Assembly: GCF_006345805.1 (NCBI RefSeq)
Contig: NC_042999.1
Span: forward strand, 12,648,001-12,712,000
Origin: Octopus sinensis
Taxonomy: Eukaryota
DNA length: 64,000 nucleotides
Direction: 5' to 3'
Part shown: in pieces, positions 26,129 through 38,100 of the stretch
Numbering within the stretch: position 1 is the first letter of the stretch
Layout of the letters: each line of letters opens with the position of its first letter
Program-made: the position numbers and the translations under genes
The notes under the pieces: model-generated
Seen by the model: only the letters and a program-made list of their open reading frames with translations
The model's database searches: none
What the model was told of the DNA's origin: nothing

Positions 26129-29100
26129 TGTATATATATATATAATAATGCGGTTTTTTCAACAGCTTGAACTAAAAGTCAGAGGGGAATGGGATAAACT
26201 ACTTATATTAACTTGCTATAAAAGCAGGTAGTAATTTTATCTTGTCCTTATTCATAGTGCAAGTTTTGAAGAGTGCATTTCGATTTTAACAGCTATTTTT
26301 TTCAAAGCTATATTGGAACAGCCTAGAAGACGAGCCTCATCCTGAAAGATCTGTAGAACTCGACAAGGACATCCTGAAAACCCTGGTAGAACAAAATCTC
26401 ATCGTAACTGTTGAGGAACTAGCAGAGAAGCTTGGATTTGGTCATTCAACCATTCATTGAGACCTGTGTGCTATCGGAAAAGTCAGCAAATTGGGTCAAT
26501 GGGTTCCTCACGAACTTTCCGAGTCTAATTGCATGCAGAGAGTGAATGTATGCTTTTCTTTGCTGTCACATCTCACCACTACTGCGCTATGTATATCTAT
26601 ATATATAAAACTGTAGTTGTGTGAGTGTCTGTCCCCTTCGATTTAGATTCCTAACTACTCCCACATTTTGCGGTGCAGTTTAACCAAATTCGGGTAGCTT
26701 ATAGTCGTGATTCATATCGAGCCCGTCTGAGTATTAGCGCGCGTCTACGATGAGTCTACGATTTTAAAAATAATTTAACATCATTTTTTATTCCATTTTA
26801 ATGCATAATTTTTCGTGTGTCGATGGCGGCGGAGTTGGCGTCCACGCTCACACCTGCACCTGTGGGGAAGGGAGTGTAAGGAAATCAACGTCGTAATGCG
26901 TTGTCAAGGAGACCAGCGTTCTTTTAGAACGACTTCATGGCTTGAAGACACCAAAACAGAAATGGCTAAGAAAGCGTCTACATGAGTCTACGATTTAAAA
27001 AAAAATTTACCATCGTTTTTTTTCCATTTTAATGCATTTTTTCGCTATTATATAAGGGAAGTAACTCTCTAAAAATGTCTACGATGAGTCAACGATTTTT
27101 CAAAAAATTTACCATCATATTTTTTCCATTTTTAATGCATTTTTTGCTATTTTTTGGCTATAACTCTCTAAAAATGCTTATATAGTTATTTCCCTTACAA
27201 ACCCGAGCAACGCCGGGCGATACTGCTAGTCAGTTGATAAGAAAACTGATGAGCTGGTAAATTTCCCCCTACCCATGTAAACCTGAAATTACAGATGCAC
27301 AGATTTAAGATTCCACAGTTGGTTGGTGTCTCAGTTTCAAGTTTATATATGGCACAAATTATTGACTTTAGGCTAAATTTTCTTCTGTTTCTGCTACAAG
27401 ACACTAATGATTCTATTATTGTGTTCTGGGTCTCTAACTCTTGCTTGAAGTACTGATGTTTCTATGGATTTTCTATTATTTATTAACTGACAATTACTTA
27501 AGCTAATTGATATTTTAGCTGCTCATCAGAATGGATTGTTTTACTTGGTTTGAATATTTTGACAACTTATCTAAGTCAGTCCACAAAAAAAGAATTGAAC
27601 CTGTAGTCTGCACCAAACAAATAGCTGGTATGGCTTTGGGGTTAAAAAGATTGCTTCCCAATCACGTGGTTTCAAGTTCAGTCTCACTGTGTAACACCCT
27701 GGGTAAATTTCTTCTATAGCCTTGGGCTAACCAAAGCCTCGTAAGTGGATTTGGTAGATGGAAACTGACTGTTGTGTGTGTGTGTGTGTATTGACATCAT
27801 GCAATAGTTGTAAATGAGTGCCACTGTTATGTAAGCAATGTTCTTCATTATCAGTATTCCATGCCATAGAGAAATATTATCTTGCTTGCTAATAGGTGAG
27901 GGTTGGTAACAGGAAGGGCATCCAGCTGTAGAAAATCTACCTCAATGAATTCCATGTGACCTGGAAAAGTATATGAGAATGATTAACGGATCAGATGAGA
28001 AAGTCAGAAGAATCATACAATCTTACTCTTGTCTATGAATCTATAATTCTGATAATCTGTTTGCTGGTGTGGTAGAGCTGGAGGAGACTACAATAGTGGA
28101 CTCTCTGCAACTTGTTGAACATAGATGCTCCTTTCATTCACCATCCTCTGCAGGGCCAATATAATAAATACTAGTGATACAATGATCCAATTCAAATATA
28201 TAAATTCCCCTAAAAATTTGAACCAACACCTACTCCAAAGAAATGGAAATAATTAAAATAAATAATTTTCCAAAATTTTAACTTTCAGATATGGGTTTAA
28301 TGCAAAAGGTTACAACCAGTTAAGGAAAATATTCAATGCAAAAACTGGGATGAAGATGGGAATCAACAGATTCAAGAAGAATGGCTATGATTGGCATGGT
28401 GAGGCATTTCCCATTTTATACACAAATCTAACAAGTTATTCTCTTGCATGTATTGTGTAGGCTTGATGGTGTGGTGTCTTGTAAATGAGTCTCATCATAA
28501 AAGCAGTGAATTCTATATTTGGTTGTGATTCTTTTGTAAATGAGTAGGCTTCATGTTTCATTTATCTTATTAATAAGATAAATATATTTAAAAAAAAATT
28601 TCCTATTTCTTGCCTGTGTAAAGATTTTTCAAAGCGTAAGATAATTTTTTTTATTGTTATTATTAATATAATAATAATAATAATAATATCAGAGACCCTG
28701 ATTATTCATACTTGTTGCTATAATGATGATAATCATAAAAATAATGATGAGCTTGGGCATCCAGCTGTAGAAGTTTTGCAAAAGCAGACATTGGAGCGCA
28801 GTCCTCTGGCATGTCAGATACTGCTGAACCATCCAACCCATGCCAGCCTGGAATATGGATAGTAAATGATGATGATACTCAGGTGCATGATACTCAGGTA
28901 AAAGAGGGACAGAAAGCAGCAATAATTGAACAAAGAAAGACAACAACGATAGCCAAAATTACATGTATAGTAGACAGAATAAAATAATAAAAAGGGAACA
29001 TTAAATGAGTCCTAAAGAGAAAAGAATGTCTAGACACATCAGGAGTAATGTTGGGGAGCCTAGAATTTTTGAAGGGTTCCATGTCCTAATGGCTAATAAC

Positions 29101-32100
29101 AAATGTTGGTAGTTTATTCCATGCTTTAACAATTCTGAGTATGAACAAAATCTTTCTGAAAGTTATGGGTGAGGCGCTGTTCTTTGATTTTATGAGCAGA
29201 GATAATGGATTTAAAAAAGAGGACCAAAATTATTGTTGGAAAGGTAACGGATAATCTTCTTGTGGGATTCTACCAAGTCATTTATCTACACATTGAAAGT
29301 TTAGTGTGTCAATGCTCAGAGAAGCAAGACATTGAAAATATGGTGACTGTTGGAGAGTTTGTCTCCAGGATGTATATCTCTGCAAGGATTAAAAGACAAT
29401 CAGTTTAACATAGCTTCTGTAAACCCTTTTGTTACCATATTTCTGTTGAGATGCTGTGTGCTTCTTTCAATTAATTCTAAATATAACAAAGAATTTAGTA
29501 TAATAACTTAGTTATCATTAAGCTAGTGTTAGGAACATAAATTGTGACTAAGGTTTGGTGGAGGAATTTAATTCAGAACTTTTGAAAACAAGACATTTGT
29601 ACTACAGAGCCAGAGGTGGTTTCAGGCAGTTTGGTATCAAAAGGGTTAATCCACTATAGTTTCTGTTAATCTTATACAGTTTTGGTGGACATGCATAGCC
29701 TAGTGGTTAGGGTGTTGGACTTGTGATCGTAAGATTGTGGTTTCAATTCCTGGACTGGCTGATGCATTGTGTTCTTGAGCAAAGCACTTCATGTGGCTCC
29801 AGTCCACTCAGCTGGTAAAAATGCATCTCTGGATGGGATGCTGGTCCTGCGACGGACTGGCATCCAGAGAAGAATATATTTACATCAGAGAAACCAGGAA
29901 ACTGGTCTTTTGTTTCCTTTTGACTAACTTTTTTACAGTTTTAGTTTTCATCATAAAGTAATTTTGTTTCTTTCTGATCTGTGAACACTAATGGTTTCTC
30001 TATTGCAGGTTATGACAAAAATGGATTCAACTCTGTTGGTTATGATAGATTAGGCTACAATTCTGAAGGTTACGATCCGTTCGGATTCAACATGACGGGA
30101 TATAGCAGAGAAGGTGAGTTTGATGGCATGATCGACTATGATGATGATGGCTACGATGAAGAAGGTTACAACAGGTGAGATTTCTTATTACTATTTATTG
30201 ATTCTTTTTCATCATCATTGTTTTAATGTCTGTTTTTCCATACTTGTATGGGTTGGATGGAATTTGTTGAGGCACATATTCTGTGACCAGGTGCCCCTTC
30301 TGTTGTCAACCCTCACCTATTTCTAAGCAAAGTTTATTTCCCCCATAGCCATCAGGTTTTTCACAGAAGACCGAAAACAAACAACACTGCTTCTACGACA
30401 GTGATGCTCATTTACGACTATCACAAAACGTCAAGACAAGGTACAAACTCTCCCTCTCCCTCACACACACGCAGAAGCTCATGTACAAACCACAAACAAG
30501 GCAATAAATGAAATCCTGTCTCTGAAGGAGGTAGTGACAGTGTTTCCTATCAAAAGTAGGTGTATAGGAAGGTTCATTCGAGAATTTGGTGAGTTCTGTT
30601 GCTATGAGGAGTGAAGAATCTAATATTTTTAGTAGTTGCACTTTGTTGGGTGAGGAAAGGAGAGAAAGAGAGGAGGGGGGGCAGGTGTCACTGTCATTTT
30701 GGTTCAGAACGTTCTACTAAAGTAAGGAAAAACCTGGCACTCTGTTGGTTGCAGAGTTGCAGTTGATCCAATCAACCAAACTGCTTGCTCATGAAATTAA
30801 CATGCAAATGGCTGAGTACTCCAAAGACATGTGTCCCCTTAATGTAGATTTCAGGAAGATTTGGTGACGCCCAAAATGTGATAAGGCTGGCCGTTTGAAA
30901 TGTACGTACTACTCATGTTCACCAGCTGAGTGAACTGGAGCAAAGTGAAATAGAGTGTCTTGCTCAAGGCTACAACACATTACCAGGTATCGAACTCATG
31001 ACCTTACGATTGTGACCTGAATACCCTAACCCTGTCCCTTAAGCCATGCACAACAGGATAAAGGTTGGTTTAGTTAGGAATATGAATGTGTAATATGGCA
31101 AAAGCCTGGATTTTGTGATTAAGAAGTTTGTTTCACAGCCACATGACTTCAGGTTCAATACCACTCTGTGGCACTCTGGACCAGCGTCTTCAGCTTCAGT
31201 TACCCAATGCATTGGGATGGGAATCCATTGTGTGTGTGTGTGTAAATGTTTGTCTCCCTGTTGATACAGCTGGGGCAGTGGTGATGTTTCACAGCACTGC
31301 TACATAAACAGCACACCCTCTGGCTTGAGTTGTTATGGTGTTTGAAGATCAGCAGAATAAAATATACCTTAAAAAAAATAATAAATAAGGGCCGCCGGCA
31401 AGAGAGGCATTCAGCCATTAGAATACTGGCTCAGTAAGTCTCTTCTAACTGATGCAGGCATGGAAAAAGTGGATGTAAAGATGATGGTATTGTCGGTGGT
31501 GATTCCCTATTATCCAATTCAGTGCATTAAAATAATTAATAGCAAAAATCAAAACTCTAAATATCTATTATAGGAAAGCTCACTAAGCAATGACGATTAA
31601 GATATATGTGTAGTTAATAGGCCTAAGTACATTGAAATCTGGTGATTCTCACTGCAGAAATCTCTCAGGTGAGAGATTCTCTATATTTCAGTCAACACTG
31701 CCTAATGTGCTTCTAATTAGTTAATTCTAGCTTGACAAGGATTTGCATGCATCAGCAAATGTAGCATTTACTGTTTAAGAATTGTAGTTCTTAATGGGCT
31801 GTGAACAGTGGATTCAGTGTCTCTGCTGATGAAGCACAACAATGCTGAAATATGCAGCTTACAGTCTAATGATGTCATTGATGTGGTTCTCACACACTTT
31901 GTCTGTGAAGGAGAATTTCTCTCTTGAAACACAAATGCGTTAAATATAATTGTACACACCTGTATTTGAATCAACACTGCTTAGTGCTCCTCTAGTAAGT
32001 TAGTCTCAGCTTGTCAAAGTTTTGCACACATCAGCAAATTTCCCATTTGATGTTTAAATATATAAATGGTAGTTCTCAGAGGACCATGAATAATGGAAGC

Positions 32101-35100
32101 GGTATTCTTGGGTAAGTAGATGAAGGATCAAACTTGTGGATAAGATGCAACTTTATCACTAATAACATTTCCAGAATAAATATAATTCCTGATAATTGTT
32201 CTTCATAGCTAAGGAAAGTGAGGTAATGAAGAATTAAGAAGCCTGGGGACACATACTTGCATGTACATAGACACAATGTACAGATTAGTGTAAAGTAAGT
32301 TAAACTATTCTTTTTTTTTTGTTTCCTAGTCCAGTTAATTCATAATTTTAAGTTGACAAGAATCACCAGGTTTTCAGTTTCTTTGCATTTTTCCATTGGT
32401 TGTCATTTATTCATCATCATCATCATTTAGCGTCCGCTTTCCATGCTAGCATGGGTTGGACGGGTCAACTGGGGTCTGTGAAGCTGGAAGGCTTCGTCAG
32501 GCCCAGTCAGATCTGGCAGTGTTTCTACGGCTGGATGCCCTTCCTAACGCCAACCACTCCGCGAGTGTAGTGGGTGTTTTTTACGTGCCACCTGCACAGG
32601 TGCCAGACAGAGCTGGCGAATGGCCACGAACGGATGGTGCTTTTACGTGTCACCGGCACGGGGCCAGGCGATGCTGGCAACGGACACGAACGGATGGTGC
32701 TTTTACGTGCCACCGACACGGGGCCTCAAAACAAATTATTTGTAATCTTTTGGGGTTTTAACTCAAGATAAAATTGCATTTTAATAAAAAGAAATGATGA
32801 GGCAAATGATTACATAAAAATCACAGAATATCATTCTTATTTTGCCTAATTTCTCACCTGCATCACTGATTTGTATAACAATTTTGAGGTAATAATATCT
32901 AATTGATGAAAAATAGGTAAGGTGATGCCAATAAATGAAAATATAGAGAAAGATGATGTATTACCATATGTTAGTTATTTAGTGATCCTATAATATTTTG
33001 AGAAAGATTCCCCTTTCAAAAAATATAAAAAAAAGAAAAAGAATAGAGTTCAGACAAAATGTATTGTTACCTGCCGGCTATTTTGGTGGCCTGTTGGTAA
33101 CCTTATAAATGCCAATTATTTAATTTTGAGTCTCGTTACTGGCAGGCCATTAGAATGCCTTGCTATTCAAAATTATATTAATTGGCAGGAAAAGCTAAGT
33201 TAACTTTAACAGAACTAAGATACCATTACTCTAAATCCATTCTAAACCAGTGTATATGTGATGGAATGTTGTGATGTAAAATAAAATTGATTCAAACAGA
33301 TTAAGGAAATTTATTTCTGTTTCTTTTTACAGGGCAGGGTTCAATTGTGAAGGTGTTAACCGAGATGGTTTGGATATTTATGGACGTCATGCTGGCTTCA
33401 AGTATACTTGCATGAGAACCACAAGGAAAAGGTGTCAACATTTGGAAACCGAAGATGATGTTCAAATTGTTCGTTTTTCTCCAGGAAAAAAATGTGAAGA
33501 TGTCAGTTGCAAGCCAAATTGTATGTGTTGGTTTAATAATCAGTTCCATAGGATTTGGGACGATTTCAATGTAGGCTGTGAGAAATTTCAGTGTCACTTG
33601 GGAGGGTTTTCAGAAATGAATTCTTGTCAAAAACATTTACAACGCAAAGAGATTCGTGACATGAGTTTTGATGAAATAAAGCGTTACCAACTTGTCATCC
33701 AGAATCTACAGCATGAAAAAAGAAATGGTAAATCTGTGTGGTTTGAATTTGCTGAAATGTATTCAGAATATATTCCTCAAGCTTCAGGAAATCCTTTATT
33801 TTTGCCATGGCATCGCTACTTTTTGTTTATGGTTGAAAAGTTGATGCAAGATGTTGAATGTGGTGTTGTGATCCCATATTATGATTGGACCCTTGATATT
33901 GGTGTCTTGAATAAATCGGTTATTTGGTCATCAAAATTTTTTGGTGGTAATGGTGAAAATGGAACAGACTGTGTCAGATATCATCCGTTTAAGTCTTATC
34001 ATCCACCATATTGGGCACCTTGTCTCCGTAGACACTTCAATTCTTCAGTACATCTTCCAGACGCAATTCATGTTTACTTGGCTTTACAGGAAAGTACCTT
34101 TAGTGATTTCTCAGCTTACATGGAATCAATGCTGCATCTTTTCCAGATGTGGGTTGGAGGCCACATGGACTCACCTCTCAGTGCTTACGACCCCCTTTTC
34201 TATTCACATGTAGCTTTTATTGATAAACTCTGGGATGATTGGCAGAGGAGTCATAAAAAAGGTTTGCTGCGATTTCCTCCTAATTTTCGATATGTTCCTA
34301 TGGAACCTTTCAAAGTTACTCCTGATGATGTATTAGATTGCAAAAAACAAATCTGTATAACCTATCTGAATTTACCATTTGGATCACCATGTAACCAGAC
34401 CAAAATAAAGACCTATGGATATGATAGTGATAGTTATGATCGTCATGGCTTTGATAAAAATGGTTATGATAAAGATGGATTTGATGTACATGGAATAAAC
34501 ATTGATGGCTATATTGATCTCAGAGGAATATATAATAATGAGGGATTTGACAAAGAAGGCTTTTCTCGACAAGGTTTTGATAGTATGGGCTACGACAGAG
34601 ATCTTTTTTTCAAAGATGGTTACAATTCTGACGGCTTTGATGTTGCTGGCTATGACAGATCTGGTCATAACAGATATGGTTTCAGTAGAATCAAAACGAA
34701 TGTCTTCAGTGAACATGTCTCTACATTCAGAAAGAATGAGTTCAATGAACTTGGATTAAATAACTTGGGTTTTAATAACAAAGGGTTTGACATTTTTGGT
34801 TTTGACAAGGATGGATTCAATCGCTTTGGCTGCAATTACTATTTCAATGGCCCGTTTTATATAATCATATACCAGTCACTTAAAAATAAACTTAGCGAGA
34901 TAAAATCCATGCATTCTTTGATAAATATTCCAAGGTTGTGTTCTGCAGTGTCACAGCTTCCTCAGTGGATGTATAAAGTTTATTGGTTGAACCGGCAAAA
35001 AAACATTCCAGAAGTTTTGGCAATAATGGCTCTGGACAGACTGAAAAATCCTTATTCATTTGATGATGTCTTTGACAAAATTTGGGTTCCTCCTGTTCCT

Positions 35101-38100
35101 GATCCGAGGTAAACAATAACAATTTTGATTTATTGATTTTCTAAAAAAAATTCATTTATTCTATTCTGACCAATTCCCGGCTGTGTGTGTGTGTGTGTGT
35201 GCGTGTGGTGTGTGTGTGTGTGCGTGTGTGTGTGTGCGTGTGTGTGTGTGTGTGTGTGCACATGTTTGTGTTTTGCACACATTTTACAGCTTTTACGACT
35301 AGGGGACAGAGGGTTAAAAATGTGTGCACACAAGGTCTTCAAGTCAAATTTCTTTAATTGAAGAGGATTATTCAATTCACAATGCAATTCAAAAGTAAAT
35401 TTTTGTGCTGAAAATTTGAACCTTGGTTGAGACTGATAATTGTGTTAATTTGTATTTGTTTAACAATTTTTATTTCTCTGATTTTAATTGTGGCACCAGC
35501 ACCATTATCAATTCTGCTACGGTGGACAGGTCTTCTTGAGTACAGCTAGGTGCCAGGTATCTTGGTCCTTTGTCAACTCCTTCGTAAGGCTCAGTGTCTT
35601 GAGATTGGCCTTCAATACTTCGTCCCATGTCTTTCTGGGTTTCTTTCTTCCACAAGTTCTCTCCAACTTTAAGTGATCGGCACTTCTGTATGCAACTGTC
35701 TACATCCATATGCATCACCTGACCAAACCACACTAATTCCTCCTATGCCATAATTTTCTCTCACCACACTAGTACTCTGTCACCGATGGGCTAGGGGCTT
35801 TCCCTGTCCCTTAATTGCTTTACTGCTGTCAACACAAATAGCTGGTCCCTCTGTTGGGTTCACACTGAGGAAACTGCCGTTCTCCCATTCACTCTCCACA
35901 TGTAATAATCCCTCATAGTAGCACTTCCATGCCTCTTTCTTTTCAGAGTCACTGAACACAAGCATACCATCATCCATATGTACACACTTCTCTTCCACAA
36001 CATCTTGATTAGACATATTGATGGCTTGTATAAAGGCATTTAAAGTTAGTGGATAAGAGAAGTGATATCACTAAGGGTGATGAATGCATCAATGGCTTCA
36101 AATTTTGGCACAAGGCCAACAATTTTAGTGGTCAGGAGCAAGTCAAATCCAGTACTTGATTCCCTGAAAAGATGGGCTAGGGGCTTTCCCTGTCCCTTAA
36201 TTGCCTTACTGCTGTCAACACAAATAGCTGGTCCCTCTGTTGGGTTCACACTGAGGAAACTGCTTTTCTGCCATTCACTCTCCACATGTAATAATCTCTC
36301 ATAGTAGCACTTCATCCATGATGGAATTTGAACTTAGAATGTAAAGATCTCGAAGAATTGCTGTCCATTACATTAACAATTTTGCCAACTTGTCACTTTA
36401 ATAATAATAATAATAATACAACAACAACAACAACAACAACAATAATAATAATAATAATGATGATAATGATGATGCCTCAAACTATATCTTAAGGAACCCA
36501 CGTTACTGATTAGCCTGTTTCTTCTCTCTGCTTCTTCTATTTCTACTTCAATAGCTTTTGGTCCTATAAACTAGCACACTTCATAGCCTCAAACTCACTA
36601 GGTTCCCTATTTACATCTTGTCCTCATTCCTATAATACCACATTAGTTTATATATAAAACACCAAATGTTTTGTATGATCCTTTCTTCCTTTCAGCTCTA
36701 TGAAATTCTCTTTCCACCTGTTTTTCTTGGACTTTTGACCAACTGAATTTATAGATTAAACATTTGCCTATATCAGTCTTGAAGTGCTCTTCTATGTGTG
36801 CCTAATTCATGAAAAGAAGGTTGGTGTAGTTTTCAGATATGTGAATAGGGTTCTATAGTGAAACATACTTTATTTTTGTTTTATAAAGAATTAGCCATAT
36901 AAATTCTGAAGAAGAATCTTTGTGGTTTAATTTTGTCTGTGTTTTCTTGAGAATTTCCTAGAAGATAATGGACTTAATGAGTCATGCTCATTTAACATCC
37001 ATTTTTCCATGCTTGCATGGGTTGGATGGTTAGTTAGGAACCAAAGGACCATGCTGCCCTCCAACATCTGCTTTATCATGGTTTCCACAACTGGTTGCCT
37101 TACCTAATGTCAATCACTTCATAGTGCACTGGTGCCTCTTTTGTGATACCAGCTCTGGCAAGGTCACAAAGTACTTGCAAGACAAGATCCTTCAACTGAG
37201 TGGGATGTAGTATTGAGTGATATGAGTATGAAAGGAATTTCTTATCTATGGGTCAAAAGAAGGGATATCCATCAGTCCCTTGCAGTGTGTTGTCTGTCTT
37301 GGTAGTTTTTAAATTGTGAGGAATCAATTACAACATGCTTTTGCAATTCCTGTTGATGGAAGCAGTGCAAACCTGGTGGTAGGTGTTTGCTTTCTACAAA
37401 CAGTTGCTAATGTGTAACTCAGTCTAATATTGATAGTTACCTGTATGGTTTAGAGATGACATGGAGGAGGTTGATGTAGAGAAGAAAGAGAACAAGACAT
37501 ATAATGAAACTTGTTTGATTGATGACTTGCAACGCTTACGATATCAACCTGCCTGAGAAGGCCCGCTCCTCATTCTATGATACAAATGTCCTCTTTTAAA
37601 GTAATCTAAATAAATAAAAAAAAAGCCCTTCCACTGAAATTTCTGAAATGTTAATTTATGTTCCAAACACCAGTTAAATAATCTTTTCTGCTCTAGGCAC
37701 AAGGCCCAAAATTTTGTGGGAGGGGCCAGTCGATTAGATTAACCCCAGTATTCAACTGATACTAAATTTATAAACCCAGAAAAGATGAAAGGCAAAGTTG
37801 ACCTTGGCGGAATTTGAACTCAGAATGTAAAGACAGAGGAAATGCCGCTAAGCATTTCGCCCGGCATGCTAATGTTTCTGTCAGCTCGCTGCCTTACACC
37901 AGTTAAATAATGGCAAAGTTATTTTAATAAATTCTTCATTATTTTCAAAATTAATTAAAACAAAGTCAGTGAGTGTATTTTATGTGAAAAATGGTTATAA
38001 AAGGACTAAATACATAATCTCCACTAATCTGTTCTTTTGGAAACAATAAACAAAGCCATGACAGGATCAACTGATTAGCATTAAAGAAAAAAAACTGCAA

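Noticed and set aside
6385-34370. Hemocyanin gene (tandem copper domains in a cephalopod)
   Set aside because: The motifs (FFGG.G..CV, CL.R.F) are tyrosinase-like, the copper His are missing, and the domains are interleaved with EGF, Kunitz and VWC rather than repeated functional units.
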